A stretch of 64,000 nt of DNA from Lingula anatina (lineage: Eukaryota > Animalia > Brachiopoda). Positions within the stretch are counted from its first letter, which is position 1. Each line of letters opens with the position of its first letter. A model generated the notes under the pieces. The model was not told the DNA's origin. It worked only from the letters and a program-made list of their open reading frames with translations, and did not search any database. Positions 50,838 to 62,417 of the stretch are shown in pieces. The stretch is taken from NCBI GenBank assembly GCA_051362555.1, contig CM120648.1:5142587-5206586 (forward strand), given 5' to 3'. The position numbers were made by a program, and so were the translations under genes.

Positions 50838-53800
50838 CCACAGCCACCTTTGCCAGTCCTTTGATAGATTTGGATGTTTGAGTCTTCATTATGTTAGCCG
50901 TTCTTTTTCTCTTTTCCTCTTCAAACAGCAATCTCTCTTTGTCCCCTATTCTATTGGGTGATTTATATGGTGACTGGAACACTAGTAACAGCCAAATGAT
51001 AAACCAGACCCCTCCAATGATGCCTGGAAGACAATGTGTAATTATAATGTGACTGATATCAATTTTATGTAGGAAAAAGCGCCCGCTAGTTCGTTGAAAT
51101 GTCTTTGGGCCTACCAAAACTTGTCTGCCTGCTTGCTTGCAAGTGGGCTCTTTCTGACATGATGAATTATTCGGAAATAAGAACTTTAATTATTTTAATT
51201 TGAAAGTTCACTGTGATAAATGTCACTAACATTTAATAAAGCTGTATGAAGGAATGACCATGAAAATTTTAAAGCTTACGATTTAACACCAACTGTAGAT
51301 CAATTTTTATTTTTGAGAAAACTAATCACTACTGACTTTAGAGCACATACTGTATATGTAGAATATCCAGTACCATCCTAACTTTACGTTGACCACTCCC
51401 GTGACCAACATGGCAATAGCTGGACCGCAATACGCCCCTGGAATATTAAATAATTCATTTGTTTGTTAAAATACAGTCTTTTTATGACCATTTGAATAGC
51501 AAAATCAACAGATTTTTTCTTTAACCTTGTAACCGTGCAACGCCATGTTGCATTTATTCCCCCACTTTCAACGACAGTGTTTTATTTTTTTTTTAATACC
51601 AAAAAAAAAAAAAAAATGAAGTTTGATTTTAAAAAAAAAGCGATACTTGTTTTTACTCCATATCACAAATTCTCCACAAATTTGGTACCTGCATTCTGCT
51701 CTAAGTTACCAGCCCAGTCGATAGATTGGGGGTCAGCTTAGGTGATTCTCACACGCAGTAGTCAGAATACCTTTAACTGCGTTAAGTTGTCACTAAGGCA
51801 AAGTGAACCGGTCCAGTTAAACGTAACACTAGAAAAGAACACGACCCATGATCATACGTACCAGAGAGGGCTATTAAGGACAGCTTGTTCTTTTCACTTT
51901 CCGGTGCCCATTCCGTCCATATCCCTTGCTGTGCAGGGATAGTGACCCCCTGGGGAATACACACACGTGACACTAGTGAGTGTTTAATGTTGTAGTATTA
52001 AAAAGTATGTAATGCAATGCCTTTTACTAGTCCATTTTTGCCTTTGGAAGACAGTAATCAAGGTAAAGTAATTTTAGTAAATGAAATAACTAAAAGGATA
52101 CGTAAATACGTAAAGTTCCAACAAGATTATGCGAATAAAAACATATAGGATGATTGGTTAATGGATAAATATATATTCACAGATAGATACGGCAATAAAT
52201 AAATTAATAAGTAAATAGACAGGCACACTCAAACTGCATAAAAAAAGCTTTCCATCGGTCATGAGTCAGCTTGTAATTGACAAAATCGTAAAAGGACATC
52301 ACGTGAGTGATATTACATAACTGATACCTGCAGGTTTATGTTACATAATTACCGCTATGACAACGAAGGTCAAGGTTATCTAGTCATTGCTTATGATAGA
52401 TAACGTGATACGGTAATATTATATTAGTACCGCAAACCACGATGAATGAGATCAAATGTATATAAATATATGTATGGAAGGTGATTCAAAGCCAAGTGCT
52501 TGAAGATAGCATTTTGGCGTAACACGGTTGCGTGATCACCGTAGAACTTATCTGTCCGCGGTTCACTTCCCTCAGTATTTTATGAGTAAAATATTTTCTT
52601 TGTAAATACAAGAGTTATGTCTGTGTCAGCACTGTCTCGAAATATGTTAAACAACAAGTGCGTGTAGGATGAATGAATTCGTGAAACGTTTCAGTTGAAA
52701 ACGTTAACGCAATTAACTTTGCCCAGTCTTATCTACCGGAGTACGTGTACTTCCACTAAATCAGCTCCATTAACAGTATAGTGACAACAATGATGATAAT
52801 AATGACCAGCATCTTTATTATTCAATATAATAACAATAATATTTGTCTTAGGGATAACATTTAGAATAATATTTTCATAGGGTATTAGTATACCTGCAAC
52901 TCACCTCCACGAAACCTTGTAGAAAGCGGATCACGACGGCATAGCGGTAGTCCCCCGCCACGATAGCCGACGGAAGACACGCAAAGAGCCCAAAACTGAA
53001 GGCACAAGCGAAGCTGAACACTCTGAAGAGACGAAAAGACAACACTCTATGAGCGTCACCTCGTCACTCTCTGGCAGGAGGCGCAGGAGAGGAGGTGATA
53101 TGCGCGCGCGCGCATTTGTGTGTTGTTAACATGTAGTGGATGTTGTTAAAAGGCAGTTTTGTGTCTTAGACCCCATTCCCAGAGATTAGATCGATCCAAC
53201 TAGATCGACCAAACTCCCTGGGGGTTCACGCTAAATAGCTGTCAGCCGAGCGGGCACGAAAGTTAATTACCCCCTTACAGCTTGTTGTAGGCGGGACGGA
53301 CATTTAAGCCGGATGATCTGACAGTATTCTAGTGAGACTCCCCACGGAGATTGATCGATCTAAAATCTATGGGAATGCGCCCTTATTGTCTCGTCTGTAG
53401 CAATATGGTTTGAGGAATGGAGAAGTGCTTTGGGCCTCCCTCCTTACAATAAGGTAATTATGATGTACGTTTGGTAACCCCCCCCCCCCCCCATGCACAC
53501 AAAGGCACGTGCATCCGTACTTTCTCGCAGGCATACACACGCACGCGCAAACACAAACATTTCATAATTCAAAGAAACAGAGTTAAGTCTTTTACGCTCA
53601 ATATGGAGCCTTAATAATGATTTTATTGCAAAATAGTCACTGTTAGTTCTTTAACATTCCGGGCGAAAGAAGGCACGTGCTTGAGGGGAATAAAAAGTCG
53701 AAAGGCGAATGAGAAGAAAAAGAGGAAGAAAAAGTGGAAGAAAAAGAAGAAACGAATCTGCGTGAAAGCATTACATTCTGAATGTGCTACTCACAAATGC

Positions 53801-54043
53801 GCTGGCAGAGCGGCGGAGAGCACTCCCCCTGGAATCTGTGTGATGATATAGCCTATGCCGTACGCACTGAACACCCAACCAACCTCAGACGTCGTCCAGT
53901 CCAAGTGGAAAGAATGGTTATCGCTGTGCTGGAGTAATAATAATAATGATAAGAAGAAGAAGAAGAAGAAGAAGAAGAAAAACATCAACAACAACAATAA
54001 TGATAATTATGATAAAAACAACGACAACAGCAACAACAACAAC

Positions 54044-54111
<68 letters not shown>

Positions 54112-54627
54112 TAATAATAATAAACAGGAAATAATGAAAATAATAGTTGTAATTGAGATGGTGACCATTATTTACTTTGTCCATTTATTATCGAGCTAAC
54201 TGATCATCTATGATCTACTGTTGTCAGTTGTCAGTTTATGAATTTTATAAAGGTTGATTATTTCAAAGTAAATGTATCGATGTGACCATCAGGGATGTCA
54301 CATTACGCTGGTGACAAATATAAAATAAATAAATAAATAAATAAATAAATACCGACCCTACATTCAGCTGCTGTTCAGAAAGGACAGGTTCCGTTAAGAG
54401 TAAAAATAAGGTTAGGTCAAGAACTGAGGAAGGAGGGAAGAAGGGATGAGGAGGCAGGGTGAACTCACCGGTGTGTGGTGGTGCGAGTCATTTCCACTTG
54501 CGTGACTCTGAACGAGGTTCGTCAGGGACACCGAGAGGGCGCTTCGTAACCCAAACAAAAGACACAAGCCGAAGAAACTGAGGAGAGAAACAACATATCT
54601 CCTTTGGACAAAACCGCACCACGCCAT
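47823..54627 (-). CDS. SLC17 family MFS anion transporter, vesicular glutamate transporter-like, paralog B (11 exons, ~537 aa)
   Basis: Exons (-): 54627-54469, 53928-53795, 53022-52905, 51949-51862, 51437-51351, 51023-50848 (donor uncertain), 50682-50533, 49937-49805, 49097-48975, 48634-48510, 48143-47823. Same intron phases as paralog A and mostly identical exon lengths. Motifs RFLQGFVEGVTIPA, GTTRSW, RKLFNCVGFGFEA, FFAIFASGKQQPW, SYGAT. Confidence 0.9.
49524..49779. mobile_element. Long-TIR Harbinger-like MITE 25 bp from the exon 8 donor of paralog B
   Basis: About 88-bp imperfect inverted arms (aggatcttctgat.cacgga.caaatatg.cggaccctacatgaaagaagag...actaatcc) with AAT on both flanks. A related arm fragment lies at about 55600-55640. 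Confidence 0.8.
53169..53382. mobile_element. Harbinger/Tourist-like MITE (~214-bp family)
   Basis: TTA|GACCCCATTCCCAGAGATT ... AATCTATGGGAATGCGCCC|TTA; closely similar inverted copies at 56595 and 56837. Confidence 0.85.
53934..54124. repeat. Compound trinucleotide microsatellite (AAT/AAG/AAC)n
   Basis: Consecutive AAT, AAG, AAC and long AAT runs abutting the exon 2 acceptor of paralog B. Confidence 0.95.
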
Positions 54628-55351
54628 CTTGCACACCCTGTTACTTCCGAGTTCGAGATTTTAGTCCACCCTCTCACGACTCTCCCCTTCAATTGTTTCC
54701 CTTTCATCACGCTCTCTAGTGGAGCGGGCGATATCTCAACCGATATGATTAGATTAGTTAAAAATAACATAGTTGGGGTGCTTCGAGGCGCCGAATTAAT
54801 ATTTCACAACAGTAAACGTTTCTAAATGATGCATGTTAATCTAAATGGTATATTGGAAAGTAAATGTTAACGACTTGTAAGTGATTTGTAATTTTTTTAG
54901 GGTAACATTTCATATTTGCCTTGAATAGCAGATGTACACAGGAAGTTTTAAGCCCCTCTATTTGGCTTATCTGACAATATGACTGACACGATATTCGATA
55001 TCACACCAAACAGGTCACGAATTAACGCATCATTGTTATTGTATTCATCATTAACGCACCCTATACAGAGCCACATACATTGTACGTGTAATATTTTTCA
55101 TTCAGTAATTTTTGACAAAGATCTCTTCCGTTATCTATTGTTACATCTTATAAAGCCTTCAGGCATCGAGTTAAGTGTATATAATGCATGTGGTGGTAAG
55201 GGGATGTCTTAAGGTGACGTCACAGTTACGTCATTTATGTGACGCCATTGGTTATATCACCTATCTATGACATAATCAGGTTTAACAGCTTTATCTACCA
55301 GTGATTTGTTGTACCTCGACCATCTCCACCCGCACTGCTGAAGCCCACTTA

Positions 55352-55563
55352 AGCCCCCTTTACACTGGACGGCGTCCTTTCTGCGTCCAGCAGTACGGCC
55401 CCATTTGAGAGTTAAAAAATTATAATGCTTTACGTGCCGACAACTGGCCGATCATTGAGCATTCATTCTGATACAAAATTAATGCTCGTGGCTCCTTATT
55501 AAGACCACAGCGATGCCAAATTTCATGGTCGCAGAAAGGACGCCGTCCAGTGTAAAGGGGGTA
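55352..55563. mobile_element. Harbinger-like MITE
   Basis: Perfect 32-bp inverted repeat CCCCCTTTACACTGGACGGCGTCCTTTCTGCG at both ends, with TTA flanks. Confidence 0.8.
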
Positions 55564-56594
55564 TTACAGGGTATTCACAACAGAGTTGGTCCGCGGACTT
55601 ACAGATCTGCGGATCAAATATGGCCGACCCACTTGAAAGCTTACCGCACAATAGTCTATAAGGTGTCCCTCGATATCGTTTCTAACCTTTTCCATTTTCG
55701 TGAGTGTAATTTCTATTTATAAATTTTGCTACAAGAAGTATACATTAATAAATATTGAAGACCGCTAACCACACTAAATGTGCCAAATTTTCGTAGGTCG
55801 CCAATAAAAAGCATAACTCTTTGTCTTTTCGGAATGATTAATACCTTCTTACCAATAGAAAAGCCTATATTGCAGGCAATAAGCTTAATTTGACCTTGGT
55901 GTTTTGTGGGAACTGACTGCGTTCTTTAGCAGTGCCCACTCGGTATCTTCTACCTATCTTGTGATAGTAACAGTCAAGGTCATAAGAGAGTAGATATTAA
56001 ATCGACTGCTCCCATTGGCTGTCTAGCTCGCCCCATTGATAGGAAAAAAGTTCCAGTCTAAAATTCAATTCATGGCACATTCACAAAATATATAAAGTAA
56101 GCGGACCCAAACGTAATTACTTTGAGGCATTTGTTATTTATAACACTCCCAATACTTTACACTAGCAAAAATGGAAAAGCATTCTCATTGCTAAGCGTTT
56201 TTTTCCGGCCAGACCTAATGGACTATAATCCCTCAATAGACAATGAATAGGTTTCCCGCGGCGATTACACGACTAGCTTACAAGTGGGTTTGCAATATTT
56301 AATATGCTGGTATATGTTAGTCCGCATATCAACTCTGTTGTGAATGGGGACATTCTTCTCTTTGTTGCAGATAGAATTAAATGGTAAAATATTGGTTTGA
56401 CTAATTTGATCGCCAAGTGACACTTCCTACATCTAACCTTAACTGTGTTTTTTCTTTGTATTTACGTACTGTTGCTAAAGGGCTGTCCATTTTCTGTTGA
56501 AAAGTTTCATCAGTTGTGTAATTTCAAAAGAATTGGAGAATTTTATTTTTCAGCAGCTGGGAAAATAAACGGACGCTTTTTCACATACATGTAT

Positions 56595-56809
56595 GGCTCT
56601 ATTCCCATAGATTTTAGATCGATCTATCCCCGCGGGGAGTCTCACTAGATTACTTTCAGATAATCCTACTTAAATGTCCGTCCCGCCTACTACAAGCTGT
56701 AAGGGTGTAATTAATTTTCGTGTCCGCCCGGCTGACAGCTATTTAGCGTGAACCCATAGGGAGTTAGGTCGATCTAAAGTAGGTCGATCTAATCTATGGA
56801 AATGGGGTG
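56595..56809. mobile_element. Harbinger/Tourist-like MITE (~214-bp family), copy 2
   Basis: Reverse complement of 53169-53382; TAT on both flanks. Confidence 0.85.
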
Positions 56810-56836
56810 TATGTCGTCTGCTCACAGTCAGACTAA

Positions 56837-57052
56837 GGCTCTGTTCTCACAACTTTTAGATCGATCTATCACTGCGGGGAGTCTCACTAGATTACTGTCA
56901 GATAATCCCCCTTAAGTGTCCGTCCCCGCCTACTACAAGCTTTAAGGGGTAATTAACTTTCGTGTCCGCCCGGCTGACAGCTATTTAGCGTGAACCCCCA
57001 GGGAGTTAGGTCGATCCAATGTAGGTCGATCTAATCTATGAGAATGGGGAGT
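56837..57052. mobile_element. Harbinger/Tourist-like MITE (~214-bp family), copy 3
   Basis: Direct copy of 56595-56809, 27 bp downstream; TAA on both flanks. Confidence 0.85.
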
Positions 57053-60000
57053 TAATCAGTGAACGGGGTTGTGATGGATGTAACATAGCCATTATCCCGA
57101 GGTGGCGCCATCTGACTAAATGGGCACAATATTCTACATGTATCTATATCGGCTCCCAATATATCTACTGACCGCGACCAGAATAGCAACACGTACTACA
57201 GTTGTAGTAGCTATGATGTGACTAGGAATTCACTGAAATGAAATGCCCTTTGTAAAAAGCACCAACTACCTACTTCACGAGGAGCTAGTTTATGAATGAC
57301 CACTGGTATTATGACTTAAAAATACACTTTGTTTGAAAATCCCCACGATGCTTATTTTTGCCACCCATGACTTTTTATAAAACTTAACATACACCTTTAA
57401 ATGATTTAACCCCTTAAATATTATTTTTGGAACGTACATTGGAGTTTATAGGAAAACGGTCGCTGTTATAAAGACTGGTCAGTCATTTTAAGCTAAAACC
57501 AACTTTTATAAATTTTATCAAAGGTCGAATCAAAGTGCAGAAAGGGATAGATGAACGAGTCGTGAGTACAAACAAATTGCTTATTTTCCCGGGAAAATTC
57601 ATTTTGGTGGGTAAATCTCGTGGAGTGTACCTTAAATCAATAAATGTGTTTGATTGATTTATGAAATACCATTCAAAAGTAATTGACTGCGAAGGCACAT
57701 ATCACGGAATACATGATCAAAATATTAGAGTACCGAATAGGGTCGAACATGCGAAATACAGAGAAATTATAATAAACGAGCCTACGTCGAAATCGTTTAT
57801 CAACATGGGGTCGTGAAGTATAAATTTACCCGGAAAAAACCTTAACCAGGCGTGGTGCTTTCGTGCACGTCGGCAATTATCTACAAACGGAGTATATAAA
57901 TTATTCAGCCTTTTCAACTTTCAAAAGTGTGAAGTTAAATTATTTAGACTTCCGCAATGGTTCTCGCTATTTTTCCACGCATCACTTTTGTTGTAGAAAA
58001 GTATCGATCAGACCTCGCTGTGAATTGAGGATGGCATTAGATGATGATTTTAGAGATAATTTCCCTGTGGTAGAGTAATTAGTCACAGTGCACGCGTCAC
58101 CCAGGGACCCGCCGCATTAAATCTCTTGAAGCGCTCCAGCACGAGAGAACAAACAACTCGTTACGAGGACGGTATGCAAATTAAGACTTAACAAGCGCTC
58201 TGTGCGTTGAAAGTCAAACGAACTACGTCAAAGTAACACGTGTGTGAAGAGTTTTGTTCAGTAAATAAAATATGTGATCTGCCTGGCTGCTTTTATCATT
58301 TTGTACTATCAATTATCATTTATTATTTTATCATTTTTCCTTTATTTTTATTTCCTTGATGGCATATTTTTTTTACTTTTCGGCCCGCTGTCAAACTTTC
58401 GCACTTCCAGAATTACTACAACAATCCTTAAAATATATTTTTTCACAAATGACCCTTCCCGACCCCATGGAAATCCTTACTCTTACTCGGCCTCTCTGAT
58501 TATCTTGTTCAGAACCATTACGTACCTGATAACATTGTAGGGGAAAGTGACACTGATTGTTCTGAAAGCTATTTCCAACACCGCCACGCGCCAGCTTTCT
58601 GCTTGTGAAAAAAAAGCAACCACGTTAAGACGAAACATATGTATCTTCTTGATTATGAAATTACTTCATCTTTACACTTTGTCTGTGTGTGTTGGCAGTG
58701 GGTCCTTTGGTCCTATTGTTTAAACTAGGAAACACCAAACATCGTTGCCTTGTGTTTTCTAGGTTGAAATAAAGGCCTCATGTGCTACATGTATATGAAA
58801 GAAAAATTAAATTGACACGAAATACACGGTTTCGTAACATTCAAGTAAGAGGCTAGTTGCAAACATTGCACTGTATGTACTCCCATGTGCATATAGATAA
58901 AGACAGAGGGTCATATTTAGTTTGTGATATCACTTGTTGTCCAAAGATCATGGCGGAAAAGCGGGCTTTAAGATAAGATGTATATTCTGGTGTGTATAAC
59001 CACATATTTTCAACGTAGTGCCCGGCAAAGCGGAAATTCTCTTCTACAGCACAAGGCTGGTTACGCTGCTAGGGTACCTCAAGTCTGTTTTGTAGTCTCG
59101 CTGCACGCACCGTAGAAAGGACACTGTGTTTGTATAGAGGCATGGGGCATAGGTAACTGTCTGGCATCCAATCTTTTGAACGGTCTATGGCATGGATGTG
59201 AACACAAACATTTCATACCCCTTATTAAGACACATGGCGGTTTAGTGGAGATATTTGTGAGGTGGACCAGGCAAAGAGTGAATATCAAAGGTTGTCAAAA
59301 TATTTGGTGGCGGTTTTCGAACGTGAGTTTTGATACTTCTCTCCACTTATTGATTGCAAAATTGACGAATTATGACTTCGGTACTTTTTTCTCACAAATC
59401 ATCAAGTAGGTACTTTTATGACCGCTGTTCTTGTTCGAGGTCTTCACCATTCTAGTGTTATTATTTTTTAAAACAAACTGACAGTTAAATGAAATTTTAA
59501 AATGATGTTCATTTGCACGTTTTATCTTAAAGTTATTTTTGTCTTTTGTGCAGATTCCACGAACCAGATTGCAATGTGTAAGCAGATCCATGGCTGGTGG
59601 AGACTTGGTCTCATCTTGGGAACACCGATATTAGCACTGCCGCTCCCTCTTGTGTTACAATCTCCAGTAAGTAACTGCATGCTAATGGATCGGTTATGTG
59701 AGTGTTTAAGCTTGGGACTTATGGAGGAATTCTTACCTTTCAATTACGCTTATCACCATTAGTTACATTAAGGGGAGTAGTAGTAAAACGGATAAAATAA
59801 TGCCCTGTTCTTATATATATATTTTAAAAAATAAAACATACTTCCCAAAGGCCCATTAAATACAAATATTAAGTACAGTGTCCAACGGAAGTAGCGCCAA
59901 TTATGGGGAAAATACTGTTTTAGGTTTGGAGATTTTCTCTATAATCAAGACAGCTATTCAAGTGATTCAAACGACACCAAAGAGCTGGGTGAAAGCACTA

Positions 60001-60209
60001 CAGAAGAGTACCAGGGAATTATCTTAAACTATATCCTTTCGATTTTATCGTCTTATAGGTTAAATGGCCACATATTCCAATGGGTTATTCACTTAAAGAG
60101 ACGATAATTTTCAAACAAACAATTTCGTAAAAAATCCCTTCCTGACATTCATCTGCAGTCCACATTCCCCACAACAATTACTGTAATTTTTGTAACGATC
60201 AGTTGCTTA

Positions 60210-60405
60210 GGGACCATTCTCACAGATAATTGGATCTCCCTGCTTAAATATCTGTCACGCCTAGTAAAGCTATTAGGGGTAATTATCTTTACTCCCTAGC
60301 TGATTCGGTAAGCGTGACAGACAGTTTAGTTGATAGCAATTTAGGGAGACTCCCCAGGGAGTTAGACATATCCAGATGGATCGATCTAGGCATTGGAACC
60401 CAGTC
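60210..60405. mobile_element. Older, diverged member of the ~214-bp Harbinger-like MITE family
   Basis: GGGACCATTCTCACAGAT start; shared blocks cttaaat.tc.gtc.cgccta, aggggtaatta, ccccagggagttag, atcgatcta. Confidence 0.6.
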
Positions 60406-60654
60406 TTTGATAGGGAAATATACTTGAAACCACGTGTTGATTAAAAAAAAAAAAAAGATTAATCTTTTTATATCTATCGAAGAATGAACTTGTTTTCCCC
60501 ACCCGCCGCGCATATTCTCTTTCAAAATTTTCTTCCTTTCCTCATGAAATATGCTTTTAGCACGAACTTTTCTCTTTTGCTTTGATTTATTACTAATTAC
60601 TTTTGCTCCTCCCCCTCATGGTAACGACCCTTAGCAATGGAGGCGTGGCTTAGT

Positions 60655-60798
60655 TACCCTTTACCAGGGCATCATATTGTCTTTTCACAGGATATTTGCA
60701 GATAAATAAATAGACGGTCATTTTACTATATCTGATATCTCTGGCTTTTCCCATTTTCCCTATGTAATCTGCCACCCTGAATCTGGTAGTAGAGGGTA
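60655..60798. mobile_element. Mutator-like MITE (family copy 3)
   Basis: TACCCTTTACCAGGG ... GTAGAGGGTA with a perfect 9-bp TSD TGGCTTAGT (60646-60654 and 60799-60807). Confidence 0.85.
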
Positions 60799-61382
60799 TG
60801 GCTTAGTCATCAGTCTGATGGGGGCACGTGCCGGTTGAACAAGTCATCAAAAGGCACAGTTCTCGGTGCAAACTAAAAAAAATATTACATCCAATGTTAG
60901 TCCTTGCTACAAGTTGCTACAAGTCAGAACAATGCGATATACAGATACAGTTGTGAGTGGGCACCTGTATTGCACGCTGTGAAAAAATTAGAACTGAAAG
61001 AAAATTGCAGATACGGTAATACTAATAATTACTACGGATGCAATAGATAATTGAAATGACAGTTTCATAAGTTTGTACTATACATGTAATTATCCTAAAT
61101 GTAACTAAAAGTGTGTTATTGCAATTTCCCACTGAAAAAACGTTTGATCAATAAATGATTAAATTTACCCAAATCGATGAAATATGCGAGAGGTGTATTT
61201 ATGAACTGCTCGCGGCTACAGCTGGCAGGATGAAAGCCGAAGTTTGTCCGTTTCTAGTCTGGAAAGATGATTTCCATGGCAGACAACACCCGAAGGGAAT
61301 ATTTATATGAAACTGCGACATTTTTGACATGATTTTCAACCCTTATGGTAATCATCTTTGTTGACTGACTAAAGGACTAAAG

Positions 61383-62417
61383 ATGGACATAAACGCGTTT
61401 ATATACCTTCTGAATGGAACAAATATAGCTGATATCTCTGACTTGGACATAAACACGTTAATATACCTTCTGAATGGAACAAATACATCAGCTGACAAGT
61501 GCAGCAGAATCGAAACACAATTACCATTCTGTGCTTTTATCGAATGTGTCGCTTGCCGTATGTTTCTTACAGTTTTGTCGGTCTGTGGAGTGGTTGGAAA
61601 TATGGTGTCACTTCTGGCATTGTCACGAATGCCGAAGCCGCGTACAGCATTCCACCTTATGCTTATAAACGTTGCAGCATCGGATTTTGTGTCAATGGTC
61701 TTCTATTTTCTATTAGGAATCATGCTGCTCGTCGAACGTCCGACTTGTAGAACAATGGAAGTCACGTCCATCTGGTATATTTTGAATGGTATTTCTTATT
61801 CATCGTTGGTTTGCACGATTTGGGCAACGTTTGGACTCGTCGTCTGCCAATATGTGTCTACAAAAGCACCATTTTATTGCGTCAAATCAACCTCAAAGAC
61901 GCATGCTAAAATATATATTTCAACTACTTGGATTGCTTCAATTATTTTCATCAGTTTGATGACTATAGTGCCACGTGTTACTGGAGATTTCGATTTGTTA
62001 AATCTCATCGAAGCTTGTGTGTTCCTGATATCATATGTAATCACCACACTGGCAGTAGTGTATATGTACTGGAGAATGTTTAAGTATGTGCGTCGCGGGC
62101 CGCCTAATCTTGGAAGTAACAATGAAAACAATGGTGAACGCTCGAATTTGAAGGCCAGGAAAACTGTTGCCATTTTGGCAGTGGTCATGTTACTGTTTTG
62201 GGCACCGGGCATTACACACATGTGTTTGAATATTGTAAACTGTTTTGCAGGATGTGAAAACGAGACATATTATTTAACATATCTGATTTCAGTGATTGGG
62301 AACTTTCTGATTGTCTTAAATAGCGTCGTCAATCCCCTGATTTATGGCTTGAGACTGAACATTGTCAGGAAAGGCTATGCCAGGCTATTTGGTTGTGGCA
62401 GATGCAATGACTGGTAA
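61383..62417 (+). CDS. Intronless class A (rhodopsin-like) orphan GPCR with melanocortin-receptor-like features, 344 aa
   Basis: Seven hydrophobic segments. TM1 GN, TM2 NVAASD, TM4 W, TM6 FWAP, TM7 NSVVNPLIY, helix 8 with terminal Cys residues; the DRY position reads CQY. Confidence 0.9.
   Translation: MDINAFIYLLNGTNIADISDLDINTLIYLLNGTNTSADKCSRIETQLPFCAFIECVACRMFLTVLSVCGVVGNMVSLLALSRMPKPRTAFHLMLINVAASDFVSMVFYFLLGIMLLVERPTCRTMEVTSIWYILNGISYSSLVCTIWATFGLVVCQYVSTKAPFYCVKSTSKTHAKIYISTTWIASIIFISLMTIVPRVTGDFDLLNLIEACVFLISYVITTLAVVYMYWRMFKYVRRGPPNLGSNNENNGERSNLKARKTVAILAVVMLLFWAPGITHMCLNIVNCFAGCENETYYLTYLISVIGNFLIVLNSVVNPLIYGLRLNIVRKGYARLFGCGRCNDW

Noticed and set aside
59554-59666. Faint W..HLG......PSCV resemblance to P2X7-tail/KolX-like domains
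   Set aside because: Frame contains a stop and the match is only a few residues; not supportable without a profile search.
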